DNA of 64,000 bases, from assembly GCA_025558095.1 (NCBI GenBank), contig JAIVFI010000007.1, positions 124,001 through 188,000 of the forward strand. The letters are read 5' to 3'. Below the pieces are notes generated by a model that worked only from the letters and a program-made list of their open reading frames with translations, did not search any database and had not been told where the DNA came from. The position numbers were made by a program, and so were the translations under genes. Positions 47,501 to 57,293 of this stretch are shown in pieces; the stretch's first letter is position 1, and every line of letters begins with the position of its first letter. Source of the stretch: Hyaloraphidium curvatum SAG 235-1. Its lineage: Eukaryota > Fungi > Monoblepharomycota.

Positions 47501-50248
47501 GCCCATCAGCAAGCCAAACCGCTCTCACAAAAGCAGTCGCGCATCCTGGAAGGCGAAGAACTGCTGGAGCTCATGCGTCAGAGAGTGCCGCCGCATTCCG
47601 TCGTGGACTCGCCCGACCCACCTGCGCCGCTCGATGCCGGCGTCACCCTGCCCGATCACATGCGAAATATGCTCGTCGCCGTGAGCGAGCGTTACCCGCA
47701 ACCGGCCGCGCAGAAGGACGAGAAGCAGGGGGAGACACCTCGCGACATCCGGGCCGCGCAGCGTTCTGCGAGAAGATCCAGACTGGGAGACCACGGTGCC
47801 GCATCGCCGCCGCCCACGTGCAGTGGAACCTCGGACCTCGAAGTCGAGGAGCTTGCGATGCGCGGCGACGAGAGCTCCGGCCGCCAGGATCGCGCAGCCG
47901 GGGTTGCAGAGGAAGCTGAGCGCGCGGAACCGGAACCCGCCGCCGCCCTCGCTCACGAGCTCAGGTCGGCGGCCGCGGCGGCAGCAGGGCCTGGGCCTGG
48001 GCATGGGCGCTCCGAAATCGAGTCGGAAGATCCGAAGGTCCCGGGGGCCGAAGTGATCGAGGTGGATGTCGGACTCGAGGTCGACATGGCCGAGGAGGAC
48101 CCGGCGCCGGCACCTGCACCTGGGGGGCGCGTGAAGGGGAAGCGCAAGATCACGGACGACGAGGTGGCCCCGGAGATTCAGGAGCAGAAGAGGCTCGCCG
48201 ACGAGGAGTATGCCTGGGAGGTTCACGCTGATCTGGAGAAGTCCGAAAGACGCCGGCACCAGGAAGCGCTTGACCGGGAGATCGCCCGTGGAATGGAGGA
48301 GGAGGACATTGCGCGCGTGGTCGCCGGTCTCGTTTCTGACCACGGCGCGGACGACGCGGACATGGACAAGGACGGATCGACTGTGGCGATTCTGGGTTCC
48401 CGCGCGGACAACGACATCGGTGCCGAGGACGAGCATGCTCGGGATTCTGGCGTGGATTCGGACGGATCGGACGGAACGGACGATTGGCTTTCGGAGCCGG
48501 AGTCCGAGGCAGAGCCAGATATTGGGGACGGCGGAGACCAGGCTGCCACGGAGGGCGCAGCCAGCTCCGCTGCGGCGGAGCTTGGGAGCGGACCCAGAAA
48601 GACGGACGGCGCCGCGAGCTCGGCCTCGGCCTCCGTTCCCGCGGCCGCGGAAGTCCTCACAAAGCTGACCGCAGACCGGCTTCTGCGCACGTGGGGGAGC
48701 CCAATTGCGCCGAAGGTGGAGGTTTCGCGAGCCACGGTCTTCGTGGACCAAGCCACGTGGGACGAGGCCGCAGCCAACCGCCGCATCGTGGGCCTCCATA
48801 TGACCAATGAGGACGGCAAGAACGGTATCGACTCGAGTGGCTTCTTAAAGGCTCTCTTTCTGCGGCTGCGTGCGGACTACGGATGCCCTCCGGGTTCGTG
48901 CCTGTTGTGCCATTATGGTCGGCGAATCTCACGACCGAGCACCTCCAGGTATAGCTGCCCTATTCATCTTTGCTCTCCTCACGCACTTGGCGCTGGACGT
49001 GCCCCTGTCCGAAGGTGTCAAGTTCGCAGTGGGCAAAGCCATCCGCCACCGGGAGGCGCTCCCGGACAAGCTGTACGGGTACATTGTGGCCGACCCCCGG
49101 GGCGTGATCACCCCCGAAACCCTCATCTACGGCAAACACTACACGTTTTGCGCTGCCCCTCCGAGGAGGGCCGAGGAGGGTTCCACCGGCATCGAGGCCG
49201 CTGCAAATGTTCTTGCTTCCGTCGCTCACGGCCGGACCGTCCGTGTCGAGGAGATGCACGCAAGCCCCATCATCAGGATAACATCGGCTCATCCGCTCGT
49301 ACGGTATTTGGAGGTCAACAGCCCGGAAAAGGTGCGGGACGTGAAGCAAAAGTACCTTGGGCTTGCCGAGGAACAGGAGCTGCCTCCGTCGCTGGCCCCT
49401 GAGCTTGAGATCTACGCCAGGATCGGTATGGCGTGGTACTCTTGTTCCGTATGGCACTGCTGATCTTACTATCAATCAGAACTGACGCTAACCTGGGTGG
49501 ACGAACAACACAAGAGAGATTTTCGCGATTGGTATGTTGACATCTCGCGGCACCATCGGGACAAGTATCTGCGGACGAACGCCGATTCGATGGGGAGACG
49601 CCGTAGGGCCAACCGGATTGAGAAGAGGCACATGCAGCGGATGCAGCAACTGGCGGAGCAATCCAAGGCATCTTGAAGAGCACTTTGGTCTATGTGTTCC
49701 ACGTGCGCGAGGTCTGGAAGGTGATTGTGGCGGTCCAGGCCGCCTGTACATAGTCTTGCTCCTAATCTCGTCGATTCAGGCTATTCCGGCAGTTGTGCAT
49801 TCGTTGACATTGGTGCGCAGCGCATTTCTGTGACATGATTCCGTGACATGCTTCAATGTCAGCTGTGCTGACCCCTGGACTATAAAAACAGCGCAAAATG
49901 TAGTTCGGATCGTGTTAAATCGTACCAGAAGTCGTCGTAACTCCCTGATAACGCACCGTTCGGAATCAGACTCTCCGAGTCCGATTCCGTGACCGGCGTC
50001 CCTTCTGAGAAGACTCTCCGAACTCGCACAGCAACCACTTCAACGACGACTACCTGCTCACCAACACGCTCGCCGACGTCGATCTCGTCTGGTGCCCGTG
50101 CGGGGCGAACCGCGACCTCCAGATCAAGCAGTCGGTGCAGGTTTCCAACGCCGGCAGCCCGACCAAGCAGGCCATCGTGATGGTGGACTCGACGGACTTG
50201 AAGTCGACGACTACATTCCGCCTGCAGTGGAAGTGGTGCCAGGCGTGA
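41526..50248 (+). CDS. Secreted DUF4360 protein, split by an 8-kb intervening segment (exons 41526-41799, 41865-42026, 50032-50248)
   Basis: Signal peptide; YGGTGCPAGS, RKFCQL, RGSVQLD, YFSG; in-frame terminal exon NHFNDDYLLTNT..WCPCG..VDSTD..LQWKWC. Confidence 0.85.
42241..42708 (-). CDS. Small zinc-finger protein (C2H2-like plus CxxC..H.C) within the insertion
   Basis: CPAPGC..L..LMGHLAGAH; CPDC.....SHTC. Confidence 0.6.
   Translation of the reverse strand: MASQQPQNPAFPAAEPVIFITWAASHASRSPPAAANAPGDGLACPAPGCDAALRDLGDLMGHLAGAHDVQDRAECDVGKLLVLGLRKCPDCAAIPLSALSHTCSEADKRQLAQYRSYVEEEEYDDFRERDRHAPAFIVSENKMPDHPNMRGSAAM
42828..43590 (-). pseudogene. Orphan with Lys/Glu/Arg-rich charged C-terminal helix; in-frame TAG near 43505
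   Basis: Intron about 43052-43106 joins AEILLK to EQADKEAAQARK...KKPKKA*; upstream frame FYGEYTQ*YGAHAAFLEM. Confidence 0.55.
43734..44348 (+). CDS. Orphan protein with two probable introns, within the insertion
   Basis: gtacgt...ctgac..cacag intron (about 43968-44019) joins GDVVL to PGTVLLGHGY; second acceptor ccctcag near 44234. Confidence 0.5.
   Translation: MAHHGLRKITEEDMPTSLRVPDTVWVGRSPAPETRSLTVHSPILNAKEAGRAGAPEMRCMGTTKDEYKFCPSEGDVVLVRWRSHASGEPGPDVLTARHGPPRTRIHGYRRRVSLRRSGACVRPARRRRYATQGPRAAHRIHQPIGGGAYLPAFALARFPADRAFFPQAQARVRRLCERRENPDFRSTHRAYLTGQDNDDEELDA
44430..45816 (-). CDS. Orphan Pro-rich/basic (NLS-like) protein; exon structure unresolved
   Basis: MNNGNFVPASFPNP..., RGKGRVGKKKPGWKERQRRRR; downstream open frame 44430-44770. 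Confidence 0.4.
45954..49676 (+). CDS. Large (about 1000 aa) multi-zinc-finger orphan protein within the insertion; frameshift near 48895
   Basis: MSKRRR start; introns with gtacgt/gtatgg donors; CAFPAC..CERH, CGV..CHN..CASC, CIVC..CQTCY; acidic linker; last exon ELTLTW...QSKAS*. Confidence 0.6.
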
Positions 50249-50349
50249 GCCTCCAGGGGACGCGAGATGTAGAAGTGCAGAACTTGAATTGAAGCTTTCA
50301 ATGATTGCTACAGCAAACTGGTGCTCGCCGTTGTCCGTGCCCGAAGATA

Positions 50350-51297
50350 CTATTCGCAGCGCCTCTGAGGTCCGTCAAGATCAGCAATCGCCGCGTGTTC
50401 GGTGGCGATCGGACGCACCCATTGCAAATGGAACACCTGCTTGACGCTCAGGTCCGAGCTGTCAACCGACAGCAGCCCTTGCGTGCCCTCGGGAGCGGTC
50501 ACCTCGGCTTCGTGCGTCACGAGCAGGTCCTTGCCGGCGGGCGAGCAGGGACTCGCCACTCGTTCGTGGGCCGGGAACGCCCGGGATCTACAAGGGTTGG
50601 TCAGCGAGCGGTCGCCCTATGCCAAATGGTGTTGACGCACTGCACGTAGTTCCTGTCCGCCGGACCGCGAAAACGCGCCTCCGAGCGAGCGCGGCGGGGT
50701 GAGTCAGAGAAGCCCATGGAGGTGGAAAGGCGAGCTTGGGCACTGCGATCGAGCTACGAAACCACAATCAGGAGTTGATCAATCGCGATCCGAGTGCTCG
50801 TACCGAGACAAAGCCTCTGGTATCGAGCTTGATCACGGTGAACGTGAAGCCGGGAGGGAACTCCAAGCCGATGTCGAGGTCGCAGGCTTTCCGGGCTCTG
50901 GAGGCAGAAGCGGCTCAGATCCTGCCAATCAAGATCGATGCGAATGAGATGTACTCCAAAACATCGATTCCGGGTCCCGCCGAAGAAACGAACGCCGAGT
51001 AGAGCACTGCCGCGTGCCACAGCGTCAATCGTCGGCCCTTGCTTCCGGGCAGCGAGAAAGGCGCAAACCTGTCAAGGCAAGCTTATCCTCGCTCAAGGAG
51101 ACAGTTGCCCTTCCCATAGGGCAACCGCTCCCTCCGTAGGTCGCGCCGGTGAGCCGCACACTGCCCGAGTCAAGGCGAGGAGGCGGCGCCCGTCCTGCGA
51201 GACCATGGTCACCGAGTTCCCCGGCAGGAGCCGCAGCGACGACGGCAAGGGCAAGCAGGACAAATGCGCAAAGAGCGGGCAGGATTCGTCCGGACAT
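50350..51297 (-). CDS. Second secreted DUF4360 protein, intact, 5 introns
   Basis: Signal peptide; YGGSGCP, ARKACDL, RGFVS|LD, FRGP, SPC, VDSSD, LQW|RRCE*. Confidence 0.85.
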
Positions 51298-51420
51298 CTC
51301 GGCGCTGGTGCCCTGTTGCTTGCGTGTTTGAGTGCGGTGACTCGTCGGTCGCGGAGCGGCCGGCCCAGGAACAGGCTTTCCACTCTCTCGTACACGCCGG
51401 TTTCGGTCTCCAGACCGTCG

Positions 51421-52352
51421 ATGCCCAAGAGCGCGAAAGTCAGAAAGACCACCGACGGAGGAAAAGGCGCGGACGCGAGCCTGACCGCGTCGGCGCCGCG
51501 CAACGAGGACGAGGAGCACACCGCTGCATTCGGCATTCACGATGTTCCCCCTGAGATACTCCGGAGAATCGCGCAGTTTCTTCTCGAGGAGCCCTTTCCT
51601 CGCGACTACGCCGAGCTCAGCGACTATCTGCTCGCGAAGGCCGTTCCTGCCCGGAGTCTACTTCACCTGGCCCACGCGTCGCCGGCAATCTGGCACACCC
51701 TTCGGAAGAGCCTTGCGCAGCTGGCACCGCTGTGACTCTACATTGGTGCGCGAACGGACACTGACTCTAGCTTTCGCTGCGGAAGTCTGATCCCGTTCCC
51801 CCGCCGCTGCCTTCCTTGCTAGATTCGCGCGGAGCGCTACCTTCCGCGGTAGGACGTCTGGTTCGACGCATATGGAATCATGAGGCCCTGCTTCTACGAC
51901 GAAGTAGCTGAAGAGCGGGACGAGTCGCTGAAGGACCTCCCCAGGCCGGCCTAAGCACTTTATTGGAGCATTCTTCCAAGTCGGACAAGAGCTCACCCAC
52001 GGCGAATGTGAAGCGCACGATCGAGGAGCTATCTGATCGCTGGCGGTCGTCCGATCCGTGCTTCTGCTGCTCTTGGAAGCTCGTTACCTCCAGCGGCACC
52101 GAGCTTTGCCAAGTGTGCGGCACTTACCTCTGCGCACCGCCTCTGGGTTACTGCGCCGAGCTCCCCGTGATGTGCCAAGGCAATTGCTCCACTCACGGTT
52201 GCGCCGCCTGCTGCATAGAGGAGGACCTTGTCTGGCGGGATGATTGGGAGGACACGGTCCTGTGCGTCAAGTCTGTTCCTCGCGAGTAGTAGTACGACAC
52301 CGATGAGGTGTTGGAGGACATTGCGAGGGATCCCGATTGCCAGCAGATGTGA
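51421..52352 (+). pseudogene. F-box-like gene with Cys-rich C-terminus and several in-frame stops
   Basis: IHDVPPEILRRIAQFL; TAG/TAG/TAA in 51810-51955, TAGTAG at 52287; CQVC/CxxxC clusters. Confidence 0.55.
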
Positions 52353-52436
52353 AGATGCGCTCTACTGGTAGCTCTTTCTTCTCTTTACTGTACCGCATCA
52401 TTGAATCTCACCATTGCCACGATGGGGCCAGCGGCG

Positions 52437-55120
52437 ATGATCCCTAACGCCAACTACGGCCAGCTTCGCCACAGCGCGGGAGACAGTCGCCACCCCAGTA
52501 ACAATGGCGCCTGTTCAGCAAGTCGACCAAGAGGCGCTCCGACAGCGCTACAAGGAGGTCCTCTGCGTCCTCTAACGCGGCGGAAGCGGCGCCTCTGACG
52601 CCCTGGATCGTGCAGGAAAGGGACAAGCGACTCCGCCCGGGCGGCACTTCGCAGTACATCGGCCCCGAGGGCGTTTTTGCGGACTTCGACAAGGATCCCT
52701 ACACGGAGCGCACCGAACGGGATGCGGTTGTGGAGGAGCTGGACGCAGTCATTCTCGGTGGAGGGTCTGTGGACGGGTGGACGACGGTTCAAACTGAGGT
52801 TCATGCCGGTTTCCCGCAGCTATGCAGGCATGCTCGCTGCGGTCCGCTTGGACCAGAAGGGGATCGACAGTTTCAGGATCATTGAGAAGGCGGGAGACTT
52901 TGGAGGTGGCTGTCCTTTCGCAGCGGAGCCGACTTGGGTCTGATGGAGTCTTTCTTGGCGCACTTCTTCTCTCTCCCTGGAACAGGAACTTGGTACGTCG
53001 TCGTTGTTAATGTGAATCTTGGGCAGATTGGCTCACCATTCCCTCTTCCAGGTATTGGTGAGGTCATCTCCATCCTTTTGGAGTCGAAGCTTATTCTTCC
53101 TCGCCCACCTTTCGCTCCAGGAACCGATAGTGAGTTCGATTGCGGCCCATTTTGGCGGTTCGCCCACGGCTGAGCATGTCCGGTAGCCCAGGAGCGCAGT
53201 GCGACGTCGCAAGCATGATCTACATGCCTTTACTTGAGGAAACTGGCTTCATTCCCGTTCGTTTTGTTCGCCCGCAGCGTTTTGGCGCCCTTCGACGCTC
53301 ATTCTAACCTGACACAGACCGAGAAGTACGCCCACGCGCCGGAGATCTTCGCCCAAGCCCAGATCATCGGCCGCAAGTTCGACCTGTACCGCCGCTCGCT
53401 CTTCCAGACCGAGGTCACGTCAATGCGGTGGGACGAGTCGACGGGTCGGTGGGACGTGCGGACGAACAGGGGAGACAGGCTTTCGGCTCGGTTCGTGGTG
53501 ATCGGGAGCGGGCTACTGCAGGTTGGTTCGCCATGCCGCGAACGTTGGAAGGTGTTGACCGTCGTGCAGAAAGTGAAGCTTCCCGGGATCGGCGGCATCG
53601 AGAGCTTCATGAAGCACGGGAAAGCGTTCCACACCAGTCGGTGGGACTATGCGTACACTGGTAAGGACCTGGAGAATCTCATGGACAAGCGGGTGGCCGT
53701 CATCGGGACCGGAGGTGGGCAGAAGATCGATGGACGCGATTGCCAACTGAATGGTGTGGCCAGCCACCGCCGTGCAATGCGTGCCCGAGCTCGCAAAGGT
53801 CGTCAAGCAGCTTTACGTCTTCCAGGTGATTGTGGCGGCGTCCCGATGCAGCTCCCGCATGCTCACCGATTCGATATCCAGCGAACTCCTTCGTCGATCG
53901 ACGTGCGAGACAACAAGCCTCTCGACCCCGACTGGATCCGCAGCCTCGAGCCCGGCTGGCAGCGCCGGATGATGGACAACTTCACCTCGATCATCGGCGG
54001 CGTGTTACCGGAGCGCGATATGGTCGACGACGGTTGGACTTCCATGTTCAAGATCAACGTCGAGAACGTGGCCAAGGGGGGCGACGTGGCCGCGTCCATG
54101 CAGCTGTCGGACGACCTGAAGATGGAGGAGATCAGGGCCCGGACGGACGAAGTGGTGAAGGACAAGAAGACGGCGGACGCGCTCAAGCCGTTCTATTCGC
54201 GTTGGTGCAAGCGACCGTGCTTCCACGACGAGTACCTGCAGGCCTTCAACCAGCCCAACGTCACCTTGGTCGACACCGACGGGTACGTGAACCGTCGGCA
54301 GCCCTGCTTACCTCGCTAACGGTTCGCCAATCCCACAGCAAAGGCGTGGATAGGATGACGGAGAAGGGTGTGGTCGCCAACGGCACCGAGTACGAGGTCG
54401 ACCTCGTCATCTTTGCCACGGTGAGCTTCGCCCGCCCATCCACATTATGCATCCTTCTGACCATCTTTCCCAGGGCTTCGAATGGGGCACCAGCTTCTCC
54501 TTTGCCCACCGCCACGGTTTCGAGGTCTACGGCCGGGGCGGCGTGTCCCTCTCCGAGAAATGGGCCAACGGCAAGACGCGCACCATGCACGGTATGTTCA
54601 CGGCGGGATTCCCAAACTTCGGCGTCGTGCAGCTCGCGCAGACGGGGTGGGTAGTGCTGCACGGCTCCTGCGGGCGCTGCTGACGGGCGATTACGCAGCG
54701 TGACGATTTGCTTCCCGCACACGCTCGATGAGGTGTCGAGCCACATCGCCGACGCCATCGCCGAGTCCATCAAGCGCGGCATCAAGGCGTTCGACGTGTC
54801 GGAGGCCGCTGAGGACGAATGGGTGAGCTGTTCCGCGTGCTCGCAGTCGAGAGCATGTTCCTGACAAGACACAGACCAACACCTGCCTCGAAATGGCCAA
54901 CGGCAAGTCCGAGTTCCTCACCACCTGCGTGTCCGGGTACTATAATGCCGAAGGATCGTTCGACAAGATGAAGGATCTCATTTTGCACAACGAGGCGTAC
55001 GGTGGCGGGCCGCTCGTATTCTTCGACATGCTAAAGAAGTGGCGGGAGGCGGGCGACTTCAAGGGCATGGAGCTGACGCCGATGGCGGATTCTGAAGCGA
55101 GGGTGTCTGCTCAGCTTTAA
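52437..55120 (+). CDS. Baeyer-Villiger monooxygenase (type I; cyclododecanone/pentalenolactone-synthase-like), about 14 introns
   Basis: GGG|[33 protein letters not shown]|[19 protein letters not shown]|[12 protein letters not shown]. Confidence 0.92.
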
Positions 55121-55192
55121 GCAACGTGGCCGTGTCTGTTTTTCGTGGACTTTAGTGACATTGGATTGTGAGAGCGAGAAAGAGATCAAGAT

Positions 55193-57127
55193 TCAGCCCA
55201 ACATCAAAGAGTACATGAGTCCACCCCACCCCACGAACACGAGGAACGGCACGATCTGCCTCCCGTCCGCCCACCCCATCTCCCCCAGCGCAAAGAACGC
55301 CACCACGGCCGACATGCCGAACACCATCGCCGCGTGGTCCGCGAAGAAGGCTGAGGGCGGCAGCACCGCCGTCGGCCCCAGCGCAACGAGGTGCACGTGG
55401 GTGGGGGTGAAGAGCAGCGCGCGGGGGTGCTCCTCCCCCCGCGTGCCCGGGCTCGCGGGGACGAAGAGCAGGCCGAGGGGGACGGTGTCGCCCGGGAGGC
55501 GGCGCAGCGCGGCGTGCGCGGCCCAGCCGCGCTCCAGTCGGCGGCGTTCGAGGTCAGCCCATGCGCGGGCGGCGGGATCGGGGGGCCGTTCGGCGGGGGG
55601 GACGTAGTTGCCGAGGTCATCGCCGGCCGAGTCCGGGGCCCAGAAGCCCGCGCCGGGCTCGGCGTAGTCCTCGTCGGTGCCGGCGCGGCGGAACACGGCG
55701 AGCTGCCCGCCTTCGCCGACGGCGAGGAGCCAGTTGCCGTGAACCGCGAGGCGCTCGGTGCAAAGGATAAAGTCCAGGGAGGGGAGGGGCTGCTGCGTGG
55801 CGCGAAACCTGGTCGCCGAGGGCGACGACAGGGGCAGCGTGTGGATGGTGAAGATGTGGGAGAGGAAGATGAAGGTGACGGATTCGGGAGTCTGCGCGTA
55901 GGCCGGGCGCGAGAGGAAATGCAGCTGGGCGGGGTCGTCCATGAGGGAATCTTCCTCGGTCTGCAGCGGCATTGTGAGCTGGATCAGCTTCTGGCTCGAC
56001 CATTCGGAGCCAACGCCTTGGGGAATGAAGTGGGGTGGGCGCAGAAGGTAGCCTGGCCTGGTCAGCAATCTCGGTTGCGAGGCACTGGGCAAGGTCAACC
56101 TACCGGAGCTCGCAGCGAGCGAGTAAACAGAGGCGTCCAATGTCACATCCGTGTCGGTCAGTGCATACCGCACGTCCAACACGGCTGCTGCGTGCCCTTC
56201 GCCGGACAGGGGCACGAGCAGCAGAGGCCGCAGCCTCCCGGAAGGGTTAGCCGTCGGCAGTCCGTCCGCGGACTGGGAGCCCGTAAAGGAGTGGTAGCGG
56301 AAGACGGCCTTGTCCTTCTCGCGCGAATAGAACACGCCGTTGGGGCCGAGCGCGGCGCGGACTACGGGTGCCGAGCCAGGGAACGGCTGCCGGGCCAGGG
56401 TCACCTGGTACGGCAGCGATCTGAGGCACGTGGGCCGCTCCGGGGTCAGCTCCGCCGGCTGGCACGCGTCGGCGACCACGTAGGAGGGCGGAGAAAAGCC
56501 AGGCTCCGGTCCCGGCTCCGAGGCAGAGAAGGTGAGGTTCACGAGGGTGTAGGAGAGCTCCTCGTCGGCGACAGTGCGCACGACGACGGCGGCCGAGGCA
56601 CTGGCGTTCTCCCTGGGGGCCTCGAAGGGCTGCAGCAGCGCGTCCGCGGGGCCGGGCAGCCGGGTCCAGCCCCTGAACTTCCAGCCGCGGTCCGAGCGGC
56701 CGCCTGCCTCGAAGGCGTCCGACGGCAGCTCGAACGAGCCGACCAGCGCGGCCAGCTCCTGCCACTCGTCCTGCCACACGTCGGGCACCACCACCGACGC
56801 GCCGACGCCCTTTTCCGTGAAGTAGAAGGCGGCCCACTCGGGCTTTGCCTTGCCGGGGAACGCCGCCGGCGCCCACGCCATGACCGGCACCGGCAAGCTC
56901 GGCGAGTGCAGCAGCGCGACCAAATAAGTGAACATTATACCCGTCAGCACGACGATGAACGCGCGCGCGGGCCGCCCGCTGTTGACGAACGCCGCGAGCA
57001 CCGCAGAGAACCCCGTGGGGGCAGCCACTTCGGTCTGCGTCGGCGGACGCGTCGGCGTCGGCCCCGGCGCGGGCTCCGTCGGCCCCTCGCGCCAGGAAGC
57101 CGGCACGGGCGTGGGATCGGGTGGCAT
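55193..57127 (-). CDS. Uncharacterised membrane protein (one N-terminal and two C-terminal TM)
   Basis: 644-codon frame; AFIVVLTGIMFTYLVALL; two hydrophobic helices at the end. Confidence 0.65.
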   Translation of the reverse strand: MPPDPTPVPASWREGPTEPAPGPTPTRPPTQTEVAAPTGFSAVLAAFVNSGRPARAFIVVLTGIMFTYLVALLHSPSLPVPVMAWAPAAFPGKAKPEWAAFYFTEKGVGASVVVPDVWQDEWQELAALVGSFELPSDAFEAGGRSDRGWKFRGWTRLPGPADALLQPFEAPRENASASAAVVVRTVADEELSYTLVNLTFSASEPGPEPGFSPPSYVVADACQPAELTPERPTCLRSLPYQVTLARQPFPGSAPVVRAALGPNGVFYSREKDKAVFRYHSFTGSQSADGLPTANPSGRLRPLLLVPLSGEGHAAAVLDVRYALTDTDVTLDASVYSLAASSGRLTLPSASQPRLLTRPGYLLRPPHFIPQGVGSEWSSQKLIQLTMPLQTEEDSLMDDPAQLHFLSRPAYAQTPESVTFIFLSHIFTIHTLPLSSPSATRFRATQQPLPSLDFILCTERLAVHGNWLLAVGEGGQLAVFRRAGTDEDYAEPGAGFWAPDSAGDDLGNYVPPAERPPDPAARAWADLERRRLERGWAAHAALRRLPGDTVPLGLLFVPASPGTRGEEHPRALLFTPTHVHLVALGPTAVLPPSAFFADHAAMVFGMSAVVAFFALGEMGWADGRQIVPFLVFVGWGGLMYSLMLG

Positions 57128-57293
57128 GATATGAAACGGGGATTATCACGGCTCCTGGCCCATGTTCTCGGCGAAACCGGAGGAGGTGGGAACAGACGAG
57201 CAGAGCCCAACGATCAACTGCCACGTCCACACCCGTCTCCGGACGCAGAACAGCGACTCAAAAGCTTGTGTATTAGAGCTTGCAACCCGAAGC

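Larger units (their letters stand above)
42110..49990. mobile_element. Putative multi-gene insertion inside the DUF4360 gene
   Basis: Separates in-frame exons of one gene; visibly less GC-rich; orphan genes; hairpins at 42140-42165 and 49961-49989; exact ends unresolved; no transposase recognised. Confidence 0.6.

Noticed and set aside
42027-50031. Canonical Helitron, TIR transposon or LTR element as the identity of the island
   Set aside because: No RepHel helicase Walker motifs, DDE or RT seen; no A|TC...CTRR|T ends, TIRs or LTRs found; the 9-bp ACATAGACC/GGTCTATGT inverted match is within chance
51770-52352. Several in-frame TAG/TAA codons in a coding-like frame (also at 43505), suggesting stop-codon reassignment
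   Set aside because: Conserved genes here end at TAG (H2B, Qor) and TAA (BVMO) at the expected positions; pseudogene decay is simpler
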